From: a virus
Lineage: Duplodnaviria > Heunggongvirae > Uroviricota > Caudoviricetes
DNA: 38,883 nt
IMG/VR virus record: IMGVR_UViG_2609459833_000016
Strand: one strand, 5' to 3'
Under the pieces are notes generated by a model, which saw only the letters and a program-made list of their open reading frames with translations, did no database searches and was not told where the DNA came from. This document shows positions 27,496-36,746 of this stretch, one piece after another (the stretch's first letter is position 1; every line of letters starts with the position of its first letter). A program made the position numbers and the translations under genes.

Positions 27496-30011
27496 GGGTT
27501 CACCTCCGGTTGATCTGCTGCCACCAGGCTTCGTGATTTCTCATCCCAGTGCACAATCCGCCCGTCAGGCAGGCGAACGCGTGCACCTCTGTGTACGGAA
27601 AGTGCTGCGCCACTGTGTAGCTCCTCGCCCGTCGCGCTCAGTGCCGACTTGATTACGGTGGTGGTGACGTCAGTCAGCGGCAATGCTGTACGCACATGTA
27701 TGACGTCATCGGGCGTGGTGGGGCCGCCGGTTTTCACGGTTTTTGTGTCAGATGGCGCATCTTTCAGCTGCCTGGTGAGTTGTTTTCGCTTTGTGGGGGT
27801 CAGTGACCTTAACCACTCACCCAAATCACCTCCCGGGACGACCAGTTTTTGTTCTTTCCTGGTTTCCGGTGGTGGGTTTTTACCCTCTCCGGTGTCTGTT
27901 TTTTCATCATGGGGACAGTTATTGCCACGAGTCCAAGGTGCGGCGAAGCCGCCCCCAACGTCAAAATCCTCGTCCGTGCTGTTGTCGGCTTTCGCTTCTT
28001 TTCTGACCAGTTTCCACTCGTCCGGATGGGTGCAGATGGTGTAGCGCTCGCCGAGTCCGAGCGACGGGGCACAAATTCCGTAGATGCGCTGCGGGAATTC
28101 GCCGTAGTCGTTGGCCTCATCTGCGGTTTCGTATGCGGTGCGGATCAGGTACAGGTTGCGTGGAATGAGCACGCCGCCCTGACGGTTGATGTAGGTGGCA
28201 AAACACCCCACGTCAGCGGCGGCCAGAATGGCGTCAATGTCGTCATGGTCCAGGCGCTTCGGTGATGCGGGGTTACGCTCCATTTGTCCGGCAAGGCGGC
28301 GGAGTTCACGCCATACCTGGCGGGGCGGGATACCGAAGAACTGGAACTGCCGGATGCGGTGGAGACTCGCCCAGGCAATGGCGTTTTCCACGGTTTCCGC
28401 CATGGTTTTTCCCGATTCTTTATCGGCGTAAGGTTTGCCGGTTTTCGGGTCATTGTCGTGAAAGGTGCTGGCGTCCAGGTTCTTGCCAATATAGGTTGCG
28501 ATGTAGCTTGCCGGTGTGCCTTTTGCCGGGTCGATTTTTTCGCACTTGAAGCGCGGAGAAATATCATTCCCCAGTTCTGCGCGATCTGATTTGATTGCTG
28601 CGTCACGCATGATTTCAATGATGCGTTCTTCATTGTCCGGGGCGGTGAATACCAGCATGTGCCAGTGCGGTGTGCCGTCATGGTGTGGCTCAACGGTGCG
28701 CACCCCGTACCAGCTCAGGCCTTCTTTGTTGAGTTTTTTTCTTGCAGCTGCAAAGACGTCGTAAACCAGATAATCACTGGCATCGCGCACGGTGGCACCG
28801 TTGTATTTCGGGTTCAGGCTGCCGTCCTCGTTTACGCTGTGAAAGCGGGAAGGGCAGGTCACTGTCACGAAGAACGCGGAGTCACCACGCGATTCGGCGA
28901 CCTGTTCCATCCCTCTGACGCAGGCCATCATCTCGTTGCGGCGGTTGCGCGGATTCCCCAGCCCTGACCAGTACACGTCCTCCAGGCTCAGGCGTTCACC
29001 GTCTTCGTTTTCAATGTCCCAGCTTTTGAGAAAATCACGGGTGCGCTGGCGTTTCTCCCGGAATTCCTGGAGTGACTCATGGCTGATGTAGGGGGATGCC
29101 TTGCGCGATACTCTTCCGGCGGCACGCAGTAATTCCTCCCGCCAGAGATCAGCGAGGTGGCGCAGCTGGTTGTTCCACCAGGTGGCGCAGGTGATACGCA
29201 TTACCGCGCCCGGTACCAGTTCAGGGTCTGGTGCCGTGCGGCGGTCACGTCTGATCTCGAGTGACGGCCAGTATGGTGGGTTCACGCCCAGTTTTATTGC
29301 CATGCGCGCCAGCTGCTGGTAAGTCAGCAACCAGGTAAACAGGTTATCGTCGCCTTTTCCTGTCCGCTCAGTAACTTCATCACATATGCGTTCCAGTTCG
29401 GTGGAAAATGCCGCCGCCGTTAGTGTGGCAAGGCGCTGAATTTGATCACGGTTGAGTTGTGGCAGCATGAGTAATTCATCAAGGCGATGGCGTGCTGCGG
29501 TGGCTTTGAATGCCGTCGTGGCGAAGCATTCATTCACCTGTTCGATGCGTTTCAGGCGTGTGCGCAGTCCACGGCGAACGAAGTTATCGGCCACGTGAGT
29601 GTTGTTGTTTTTCACGCCTTCATTGCGGGCGCTTTGTTGTTTGCGGTTTAAACGCGCCAGATCACGAATGAGCACGTTGCCAAGAAACGAGGGCAGGGCG
29701 CGAAGTTCTGCCATGGCTTCCGATACCACCGTGGGCGGATTCTCGCGTTTGTGCTTCGCCAGTTTTTCCAGTCTGACCCGACGCTCTTCGTCGTGGTGAA
29801 GATGCGAATTAATTCGCTTGCCTTCGTCTGTGTTTGTCAGGAAGGAGACGGTTTCTTCATCCAGTCTGGCATCAATGCGAATGTCCTCGTTGATGTAGCT
29901 CTGAATGGCCTGGCGTAATGCGGTTGGTTGTGCTCTGCCGAACGTTTCAGGATCGATAACCGGTAGCGGTGCGTTCCACGGGTACGCCAGCTGTGCATTG
30001 CGGTCACTCAT
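27492..30011 (-). CDS. A: Replication initiation endonuclease A (rolling-circle HUH relaxase-type)
   Basis: 839-aa ORF with HUH motif region (VEPHHDGTPHWHMLVF) and downstream catalytic Tyr region. Confidence 0.9.
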   Translation of the reverse strand: MSDRNAQLAYPWNAPLPVIDPETFGRAQPTALRQAIQSYINEDIRIDARLDEETVSFLTNTDEGKRINSHLHHDEERRVRLEKLAKHKRENPPTVVSEAMAELRALPSFLGNVLIRDLARLNRKQQSARNEGVKNNNTHVADNFVRRGLRTRLKRIEQVNECFATTAFKATAARHRLDELLMLPQLNRDQIQRLATLTAAAFSTELERICDEVTERTGKGDDNLFTWLLTYQQLARMAIKLGVNPPYWPSLEIRRDRRTAPDPELVPGAVMRITCATWWNNQLRHLADLWREELLRAAGRVSRKASPYISHESLQEFREKRQRTRDFLKSWDIENEDGERLSLEDVYWSGLGNPRNRRNEMMACVRGMEQVAESRGDSAFFVTVTCPSRFHSVNEDGSLNPKYNGATVRDASDYLVYDVFAAARKKLNKEGLSWYGVRTVEPHHDGTPHWHMLVFTAPDNEERIIEIMRDAAIKSDRAELGNDISPRFKCEKIDPAKGTPASYIATYIGKNLDASTFHDNDPKTGKPYADKESGKTMAETVENAIAWASLHRIRQFQFFGIPPRQVWRELRRLAGQMERNPASPKRLDHDDIDAILAAADVGCFATYINRQGGVLIPRNLYLIRTAYETADEANDYGEFPQRIYGICAPSLGLGERYTICTHPDEWKLVRKEAKADNSTDEDFDVGGGFAAPWTRGNNCPHDEKTDTGEGKNPPPETRKEQKLVVPGGDLGEWLRSLTPTKRKQLTRQLKDAPSDTKTVKTGGPTTPDDVIHVRTALPLTDVTTTVIKSALSATGEELHSGAALSVHRGARVRLPDGRIVHWDEKSRSLVAADQPEVNP

Positions 30012-30424
30012 GCGTCGTACTCCCCGCCAGTGACCTCCTGAAACGCCGCGCGGTACAGCACGAGAAGGCGCTGGTATTCACCGATAAAGTCTTCTGCGGT
30101 GTATATGCCTTTCACGGCCACGCTGTGGGTTGTCATTTCCAGAACCAGTGCCATCTCTGACGATGACCAGCTGATGGCGGTACTGTCGGTGCCGTTGATG
30201 TGAAATAAACCAAAGCCATCACCGTCACCTTTCACGTCCACGCGGTAACGACCGTCAACGGTGAAGGAGAAATCCCCGTATGTGGTGATGCTGCGGGCGG
30301 CCTGTTTACAGGCGCGGCGGTAGTAGTCGTGCCAGTTGTTCAGGCGGGAAGCCAGCAGGGGATCCACCGCCCACATCCAGTTAAAAAAGTCCTGAATATC
30401 TGAAAGTCCCTTAACGCTCTTCAT
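30008..30424 (-). CDS. Hypothetical protein (138 aa), coupled to A
   Basis: ORF overlapping the A start by 4 nt; position matches P2 orf80-83. Confidence 0.55.
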   Translation of the reverse strand: MKSVKGLSDIQDFFNWMWAVDPLLASRLNNWHDYYRRACKQAARSITTYGDFSFTVDGRYRVDVKGDGDGFGLFHINGTDSTAISWSSSEMALVLEMTTHSVAVKGIYTAEDFIGEYQRLLVLYRAAFQEVTGGEYDA

Positions 30425-30492
30425 GAGAACCTCCGGTAACAGACGTGCGGAAGCCTCCCGCGCACGGGTGCGGGATGGCTTCAGGATGTGGT

Positions 30493-30714
30493 TTATCGGT
30501 GCTGGTTGATGAGGCTTTGCAGTTCTGCCAGATCTTCGGCGAGATAGCTGAAGACAGCAGCGCAGTAACGGTTTGATAGTGCGTGCGTGCGCTCATGCAG
30601 CATGTTGATATGCATGATTTGCGCGACGCGTGTTGCGCGGAAAAGTCTGCGGTTGATTTCAGTCTGGATGTGACGACGCTCAGCGCGGGCGCGCTGTTGC
30701 TTGCGGTTTGCCAT
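30493..30714 (-). CDS. Hypothetical basic protein (73 aa)
   Basis: ORF with Arg-rich N-terminus. Confidence 0.4.
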   Translation of the reverse strand: MANRKQQRARAERRHIQTEINRRLFRATRVAQIMHINMLHERTHALSNRYCAAVFSYLAEDLAELQSLINQHR

Positions 30715-31097
30715 GGTGTGGCCTCTTCGTTTGTGAATTTTGAAAACTCACCAACCAGAGGTGGAAAACTCAGGGTGGCGAGACGTACAGGGTTTCCACA
30801 ACCGGCAAACGAAGAAACCGGCCCGACCGAAGTCGGCCCTGTACGCCCCGCCATAATTCTGACGCGAAAAAGACGTGGCGATACAGTACGCACAAAAAAA
30901 CCGCTGGCGCGGCTGTGCGCTTCGTTTGTCAGCGGGGTGGAAATCCCGGCACCCGTTTTATGAGGTGCAGCGGAAATGTAACCCGACACGACGAGCGCTG
31001 GCAAGCGGTTTTTGTGTTGCGTGCTGATGTGGTTAGAATGTTGCGAATTAATATCACCTGGCAACTGGTGATTGTCTGCATACGCGGGGTGTTTCTG

Positions 31098-31562
31098 ATG
31101 AGTGATAAGCTCCCTTCTGATTACGAAATTCTTTTTGACCTGTGGTACAGCTACTGGCTTGAACACATGACAAGCCTTCTCCACCGTCGCGCTTCCTTGG
31201 TTCTGAGGATTAGCGCTTTCCTTGCGATTGTTGCCGCATTCATTTTTTGCGACAGCGCAACGTTTGTTTTCGCCAGTGTGGTGCTCTTTCTGGTGTGGCA
31301 GGTCATGGCTGCCTCTCTTTCTATCAGAGCTGAAAAGGCTGAATGGCAGGCGCTTAGCTATCAAAGACTGATTAGCCAGCGCCACGTGCTCACCCCGGAA
31401 TGCATGATTGCGCGCCTCTCCTTTGTTGAGGAAAGTGACAGCCCCGTGATGGAGTGCATGATCAACCTTGCCTGGAATAAAGCCTGTGAGACGGTTGGTA
31501 GCTCTTCGCGCAATCATGTTTCGATCTCCGGTCGGTTACTCAGTCGCCTGTGTGGCTTTTGA
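31098..31562 (+). CDS. Hypothetical 2-TM membrane protein (about 154 aa) on the strand opposite to the early operon
   Basis: Start at the internal ATG of ORF 30915..31562; hydrophobic helices ISAFLAIVAAFIFC and FVFASVVLFLVWQVMAASL; promoter-like TTGCGT/TAGAAT upstream. Confidence 0.5.
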   Translation: MSDKLPSDYEILFDLWYSYWLEHMTSLLHRRASLVLRISAFLAIVAAFIFCDSATFVFASVVLFLVWQVMAASLSIRAEKAEWQALSYQRLISQRHVLTPECMIARLSFVEESDSPVMECMINLAWNKACETVGSSSRNHVSISGRLLSRLCGF

Positions 31563-31886
31563 TTTGTGAAGCAGCTGCGCGACGGTTTCGCCGGCTGCCC
31601 GGTTTTCCGGGAATGACACTGGCATGTTCAGTTTGAGTGCCATTACGTACTCCGCCCGCGCGCCAGCTGAATCCACCCAGCCTTCCAGTAAGTAAATGGC
31701 ATCGGCACACATGAGCATCGGAATACAAATGCTCATGTACTGCTGCTGGCTTAATCCTTCCGGCAACGTGGCAGGGTTCAGCACAACGTGCCCGTCTGCC
31801 GCGAGCCTCATCGCCTCTGTGAAAAACGCCGTTCTGTTGTGATCTTTGTATCCGGTCATTGGACCGGCGATATAAATCACTGCCAT
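31536..31886 (-). CDS. DUF4406-like / nucleoside 2-deoxyribosyltransferase-like protein
   Basis: N-terminus AVIYIAGPMTG is the characteristic Rossmann-like start of this family. Confidence 0.55.
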   Translation of the reverse strand: MAVIYIAGPMTGYKDHNRTAFFTEAMRLAADGHVVLNPATLPEGLSQQQYMSICIPMLMCADAIYLLEGWVDSAGARAEYVMALKLNMPVSFPENRAAGETVAQLLHKSKATQATE

Positions 31887-32095
31887 GCTTTACCTCCCGT
31901 ATTGCGTGTTGCTGTCAGCACGCGTACTTCTTCCATGTTCGTGGCGCAGAAGTGCGAACCGTTGATAAGGCGGATGTGATGCATCTCAGAATTGCGTGAG
32001 TCCTGGCGTGTCATGCCCTGGTCAATCAGGCTTTCGTCTACCTCGTACTGACGGCCGTTGGCTGTGAACCGGATAACGGTTGATTCCTGGATCAT
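31877..32095 (-). CDS. Hypothetical protein (72 aa)
   Basis: ORF coupled (4-nt overlap) to the upstream gene. Confidence 0.4.
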   Translation of the reverse strand: MIQESTVIRFTANGRQYEVDESLIDQGMTRQDSRNSEMHHIRLINGSHFCATNMEEVRVLTATRNTGGKAWQ

Positions 32096-32328
32096 TGCTG
32101 ACTCCTTTGCCCGGCAGATTTCTCGTTGAGCTGCTTTTTAAGGGTGGCGATTTCACTTTCCTGATCCTGAATCACCCGGATTGCTTCCATGGTGATCCTC
32201 AGTGAGATTGCTGAAGCGATAACGAGCTCTGGTCTTCCAGCAGCTGCGATAACTTTTGCTGCTTCCTCATGTGCACGGGCGATGAGACGCAATTCCCGCA
32301 AAAGCTCTTTGTTGTTTTCGCTATTCAT
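32092..32328 (-). CDS. Hypothetical coiled-coil protein (78 aa)
   Basis: Helical, charged ORF directly downstream of dam. Confidence 0.4.
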   Translation of the reverse strand: MNSENNKELLRELRLIARAHEEAAKVIAAAGRPELVIASAISLRITMEAIRVIQDQESEIATLKKQLNEKSAGQRSQQ

Positions 32329-32363
32329 TTCCTGACTCCGGTGTTACTGATTCATCTGTTTAT

Positions 32364-33344
32364 TCACGTACTGGCAGGGGTAAACATCACGCTGTAAGTT
32401 GCATCTCCCGTTACAGGTCCGCAGTCCGGGCAGTAGCCACCGCCATGGTGACCGCAGGCGTCGCACTGTCTCAGGGTGGCGATAACCTCCGGTGCTGATT
32501 CCCGGGTTCTTGCGCCAACGCTTCGTGGTGCCTGTATGCAGTTCATCCGGTAACCCCGATAAATGCGTCGTGTTTCCGGTGTGTCGGAATTGGAGATGGT
32601 GATGCTGGTCATGCCGCCCGTTTCCTGTGAAAGGCGGTCAAGCGCTGCCCTCAGACGAACGTGCTCGTCTTCATCGAATGGTTTTCCGTAGGCGGTAAAA
32701 TTGTCCCGGCCACTGAATTGCAGGTAAGGGGGATCGCAGTACACGCAAAGCGTGTTGCCCATGCCGAACAGGTGACTGGCAGAGTTCAGCGTATCCTTAA
32801 AATCTGCGTGGATAAGCAGCGTTCGGGTGCTGTTTGCCTTGTCTGCAAATGCGCGGATTTCACGCTCAGGGAAGTAGGGCTTGCGGTAGCAGCCGAAAGG
32901 CACGTTAAAATCGCCTTTTCCGTTCACGCGGAACAAACCGTTAAAGCTGTGTCGGTTCAGGTACAAAAACATGGCGGCCAGTCGCAGTTCACGGCGGTCG
33001 CTTATTCCCGTTCTGCTGTTCAGGAAGGCATGATTCTCTGCGTTAAAGGTTTCGCGAATGATGAGATAGTCACCCCTGTTGTTGTGGTTCAGGAACAGGG
33101 TTTTCGCCTCGTCGATCAGGCTGTCGGAGTTGTCCCTGGCTTGCCGGTAGAAATTAATCAGCGCACCATTGGAATCACCCAGGATGTAACGCTTGTAACT
33201 GGTGTTCATGAATACCGATGCGCCACCCACAAACGGCTCAACCAGGCAGTCTGCTTCTGGCAGATGCGCCTTCAGTGTGTTCATGATGCGACTTTTTCCG
33301 CCCACCCATTTAAGCGGCGTGCCGGATAACAGTTCTTTGCTCAT
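32364..33344 (-). CDS. dam: DNA adenine methyltransferase (Dam family) with C-terminal Cys-rich zinc-ribbon-like extension
   Basis: Motif I LVEPFVGGASVF and motif IV VYCDPPY; C-terminal CDACGHHGGGYCPDCG. Confidence 0.85.
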   Translation of the reverse strand: MSKELLSGTPLKWVGGKSRIMNTLKAHLPEADCLVEPFVGGASVFMNTSYKRYILGDSNGALINFYRQARDNSDSLIDEAKTLFLNHNNRGDYLIIRETFNAENHAFLNSRTGISDRRELRLAAMFLYLNRHSFNGLFRVNGKGDFNVPFGCYRKPYFPEREIRAFADKANSTRTLLIHADFKDTLNSASHLFGMGNTLCVYCDPPYLQFSGRDNFTAYGKPFDEDEHVRLRAALDRLSQETGGMTSITISNSDTPETRRIYRGYRMNCIQAPRSVGARTRESAPEVIATLRQCDACGHHGGGYCPDCGPVTGDATYSVMFTPAST

Positions 33345-33577
33345 AACGCGGCCTCTTTGTTATAGGTTTCGTGCGTTAATAAATCCCATGACGCCCCGTT
33401 GTTTTTGCTCAGCAATCGCCAGCGAAAACCGATTCTTATTACCAGGTAGTCGTGGGGTTTTATGCGTGAAAAATTCCGCACGCCGTCGCGGAATAAACGC
33501 AGCGATGCGCGGGCTTTTCTTTCCACGTTCAGGGGGGGGCAGCAACACACATTCAGGATGGCGACCATGGCTTCACC

Positions 33578-34168
33578 TCATATGTTCAGGAATGGTGTTG
33601 TGAAGCGCTGCCAGATTTCTGACACGACCTTTGCCTGGTAAACGGCATCGCCCAGTGCAGTGTGAGCAATAGCCTCCTTTCCTGATCTGCCTGGCATTTT
33701 CCATCCAGTTGATTCAGCCATGGCGATAAGCGGGCGCATACAGCGCTCGTTCCAGTAGCACCAGGGGATGCTTTTTTCTCCGGCTGTGCGTGTTATGGCG
33801 GATTTCAGGATCGGGAAATCGAAGGATGCGCCTTTGCACCATATGGTCAGTGAATTGCCCGGGCTTTCGTCATGCATATTGCGTGAAATGAACGCCAGAA
33901 ATTCGGTTACTGCCGCAAGCTCTGTTCCCTCTGCGTTGCGCAGGCAGGATCTGGCCTCCACGGATTGTCCGGCCCACCATACAGCGGTGGCTGCATTGAC
34001 GGTTCCGCCGTTGCGTTCTGAATCCACCGGGTCGATGAATTTCTCAAACTGCTTGCCCAGCTTTCCGGTGAACGGGTCGAAAAACACCGCCCCAATCGCG
34101 AATATGGCTGCGCCCGGTCCGTTACCCAGTGTTTCGGTGTCAATCATGAGATGGTTCATTATGCGCAC
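33578..34168 (-). CDS. DEDD-family 3'-5' exonuclease (DnaQ-like)
   Basis: Exo I motif MIDTETLG and Exo III-like HTALGDAVYQ. Confidence 0.75.
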   Translation of the reverse strand: MRIMNHLMIDTETLGNGPGAAIFAIGAVFFDPFTGKLGKQFEKFIDPVDSERNGGTVNAATAVWWAGQSVEARSCLRNAEGTELAAVTEFLAFISRNMHDESPGNSLTIWCKGASFDFPILKSAITRTAGEKSIPWCYWNERCMRPLIAMAESTGWKMPGRSGKEAIAHTALGDAVYQAKVVSEIWQRFTTPFLNI

Positions 34169-34389
34169 CCCTTCAGTTCGTCTGGGTTGGCGAGTATTGC
34201 AATCAGTCGTTCAATGGCTGCGCAGGTTTCCTGTGGACAGGTGTGTGTCTCTTTCGCTGTCTCAGTCAGCTCGCGCAGTAATTCGCAGATATGTGCACGC
34301 TCGGCTTTTCTTGCGGCCATGCTGATATGCGCATGATGGTTAGCTGGTCTGGCGGTTATTTCTCTGCCGGGTGATTCGGCTGTTCTCAT
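34159..34389 (-). CDS. Hypothetical protein (76 aa)
   Basis: ORF upstream of and overlapping the exonuclease gene start. Confidence 0.4.
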   Translation of the reverse strand: MRTAESPGREITARPANHHAHISMAARKAERAHICELLRELTETAKETHTCPQETCAAIERLIAILANPDELKGCA

Positions 34390-34726
34390 TTGTTGACTCC
34401 TGAAAAAAAAGACAAAGGGAACCCGAAGGCATGAATGCCTTAATTAATTGCTCGTGTGTTTTCTGGTGTTATTCCGCGCCTGCTTTCGGCTTCAGGTTAT
34501 TCCCAGATCTTCAGGGCTAACCAGATAAGCGCACTCACCTGAAATATCACCCATACAGTGGCGATGGTGTGTATTGCTTTTACATTCTTCATAAGGTTTT
34601 CGCTTTATTTACGGCGTTTATCGCCGGTAAAGAATAATTCGATATCCTTCAGTGTGTGGATAATTCGCATAATGCCGATTGCCATAAGCACGGAGATAAT
34701 CAGAATTAGCCATGAAAGAAATACGC

Positions 34727-34966
34727 TCATGCGGCCTCCAGATTGTAGGGTTCTATGTTTCCGCCTTTTTCAATGTCTAATAACAGGTTGTTTATTTCGA
34801 TGGTGGCATCAATATCGTTAGCTGCCAATGCGGCCAGTGCCAACCCGTTCAGTCCTTGCATTAATGAATGCGTCTCCATTATGCGTATGAACTCGGGTAA
34901 TTTTGCAATGCGGTGGCTGTAAGCCTTAATGATCTGATTGACGATTTCTTTGTAATTTCTGGTCAT
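34727..34966 (-). CDS. Hypothetical protein (79 aa), AT-rich
   Basis: ORF in the AT-rich early-operon island. Confidence 0.45.
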   Translation of the reverse strand: MTRNYKEIVNQIIKAYSHRIAKLPEFIRIMETHSLMQGLNGLALAALAANDIDATIEINNLLLDIEKGGNIEPYNLEAA

Positions 34967-34984
34967 GGTTATTTTTCCTGTTGC

Positions 34985-35200
34985 TTAAAATACAATGGTA
35001 CTTGTTAACTGTATTATCTGACGTTCAATAGCTTTTTTTATTTCAATGGCGTCTGCTTCGCTTTTTGCGATGATTTCAAGCTTTATGTTTTGCTTCAAAA
35101 TCACATCTACTTCATTGAAAATCCTGACAACACAAGCAACATGTTCAGCGCTGAAAAAACCGTCATGGTGTTCAATATCTTTAATTTTGTATGTTTCCAT
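34985..35200 (-). CDS. Hypothetical protein (71 aa), AT-rich
   Basis: ORF in the AT-rich early-operon island. Confidence 0.45.
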   Translation of the reverse strand: METYKIKDIEHHDGFFSAEHVACVVRIFNEVDVILKQNIKLEIIAKSEADAIEIKKAIERQIIQLTSTIVF

Positions 35201-35213
35201 GTTTTCATCTGTA

Positions 35214-35537
35214 TCATTTAGCGTGAAAATTACGACCAGTCATTAACCGATCGACCGTTCTTAAGGCTTCAAAAAATGTGAAGTCCTGTCCGAAGTAATC
35301 ATCTCCGCGAGTCAGGGTAAAATTAATTCTGCCAGTAACAGGGCTACGAAAACTTTTGTGAATAACGATGCCAGTGTCGCCAATCGCCCAGGTGTGCTTT
35401 CCGGTTTGTTTTATCTGATGACCGTCTGGTGTGGTATGGATTTCAGTGGTTGCGGTCGCACTATTTTTACGGAAGTGCTGGCGTGCAACGTGGCGTTCGG
35501 TGTTGTTATTGATGCGTGCATTTCGTTGTTGCTTCAT
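35214..35537 (-). CDS. Hypothetical protein (107 aa)
   Basis: ORF with basic N-terminus. Confidence 0.5.
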   Translation of the reverse strand: MKQQRNARINNNTERHVARQHFRKNSATATTEIHTTPDGHQIKQTGKHTWAIGDTGIVIHKSFRSPVTGRINFTLTRGDDYFGQDFTFFEALRTVDRLMTGRNFHAK

Positions 35538-35610
35538 TCTTCACTCGGTCCTTATGCGATGATTACAGTGATTCGTCTCTTGTTAGCTTAAAAATCACTT
35601 CAGCCATGAC

Positions 35611-35757
35611 TTAGCTAATTACATCGATCCCCTGATCGGTAAGTGCTTCTTTCCAGGCCTTGCTTGCACGTGTTGGATCCAGTCTGCCTGATTGCTGTTG
35701 TATGATGATGAATCGTAAATCGCTGTATAAGTCTTTTGTTTGAGTGGAGTCAGTCAT
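35611..35757 (-). CDS. Possible small ORF (49 aa), not in the ORF track
   Basis: Hand-translated MTDSTQTKDLYSDLRFIIIQQQSGRLDPTRASKAWKEALTDQGIDVIS with an upstream AAGGTG SD; fills an otherwise empty 290-bp gap. Confidence 0.3.
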   Translation of the reverse strand: MTDSTQTKDLYSDLRFIIIQQQSGRLDPTRASKAWKEALTDQGIDVIS

Positions 35758-35824
35758 GTCAACACCTTCAAATCTTGATGTTTTTAATGAAACGTTTTCT
35801 TCATAGTTATGCTCGCTTCATTGT

Positions 35825-36028
35825 TTAGCTGTTGGCTATTGCGTCTTTTAACATAGCTATAAGGTTTACTTCTGGTTTTTCCATTTTGGCGCGTTTGGGG
35901 CGGATAATAATTCGACCGTCAGCCAACATCTTTTTGCATGTGTTAAGAGGAATGCCTGTTATCTCGGCGTATTTCTTCAGAGATACGTAAGGGGCATTAA
36001 CGTTGATGTTTATTGTTATACCTTGCAT
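35825..36028 (-). CDS. Cox/Apl-like excisionase-type HTH protein
   Basis: YVSLKKYAEITGIPLNTCKKMLADGRI resembles excisionase-type HTH; second gene of the early operon. Start taken at internal MQGITININ. Confidence 0.55.
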   Translation of the reverse strand: MQGITININVNAPYVSLKKYAEITGIPLNTCKKMLADGRIIIRPKRAKMEKPEVNLIAMLKDAIANS

Positions 36029-36032
36029 CCCG

Positions 36033-36251
36033 TTAACCTCCTGAGCATGAAGATTGGTTTTGCTCTTTCTGGATAATCTCAAGGCCACGAAGGAAGATCA
36101 TGCGTGCCATGTTAGAGGATGAGCGCTGTTCTTTAGTTGCCATTTCATCAATGACGGCTCGCTCTTCTGCTGACAATCGAAGTGCCAGTCGCGGTCCTGT
36201 AGCTGTGTTACGCGGAATCCGTGATCTGGTGTCGTGAACAACTTGTTTCAT
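36033..36251 (-). CDS. Ribbon-helix-helix (Arc/MetJ-like) regulator, first gene of the early operon (Cro-like role inferred)
   Basis: RLALRLSAEERAVIDEMATKEQRSSSNMARMIFLRGL has beta-strand/helix/helix RHH character; divergent from the repressor gene. Confidence 0.5.
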   Translation of the reverse strand: MKQVVHDTRSRIPRNTATGPRLALRLSAEERAVIDEMATKEQRSSSNMARMIFLRGLEIIQKEQNQSSCSGG

Positions 36252-36326
36252 AGTGGTATATTGTGTTCATCTAATGGCTCATGAAAGTATTTTGGTATCA
36301 AAAAAGATACCTGTCAAGGTTTTTGT
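36252..36326. promoter_or_regulatory. Lysis-lysogeny switch region with divergent promoters and operator-like palindrome GGTATC-N6-GATACC
   Basis: 75-bp AT-rich intergenic region between divergent starts; perfect inverted repeat GGTATCAAAAAAGATACC. Confidence 0.5.
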
Positions 36327-36731
36327 ATGAAAAATGATATTGGCCAACGGTTGCGTGAGGAAAGGGAACGGCTGGGTCTTAGCCAAGTCGCTATGAGTGA
36401 TATTGGTGGGGTTAAAAAGTTAACCCAACTTAGATATGAGAAAGGGGATAGCTTTCCTGATGCGGCGTACTTATCAGCGTTGTCGCGTTTTGGCCTTGAT
36501 GTTCAGTATGTCGTGTTGGGAATTCATTCACCTGAAACTTATAACGATGATGAGCAGGAGTTGATCACACGTTTTCGGAGTGCCTCACTAGATGTGAAAA
36601 ACGCGGTGATTGGTGCTTTGAAAGGTGCAGTCACTGAAAAGGAGAGTCAGTCATCAGGGGGAGGGTTAAATATCTCTGGCGGGAATAACCGCATCGCAGG
36701 CCGTGACTATAACGAAACAAAGGGTAAGTGA
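36327..36731 (+). CDS. C: Immunity repressor (XRE-family HTH, C/CI-like)
   Basis: N-terminal HTH (LREERERLGLSQVAMSDIGGVKKLTQLRYEKG); divergent from the early operon and same strand as int. Confidence 0.75.
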   Translation: MKNDIGQRLREERERLGLSQVAMSDIGGVKKLTQLRYEKGDSFPDAAYLSALSRFGLDVQYVVLGIHSPETYNDDEQELITRFRSASLDVKNAVIGALKGAVTEKESQSSGGGLNISGGNNRIAGRDYNETKGK

Positions 36732-36746
36732 TAGCAAGGAGGTGGC

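Noticed and set aside
30411-31517. 368-aa minus-strand ORF spanning the non-coding island and antisense to the 2-TM gene
   Set aside because: Low-complexity, Ser/Thr/Arg-rich translation with no motif, crosses a region lacking RBS context and overlaps a better-supported plus-strand gene; treated as a chance ORF.
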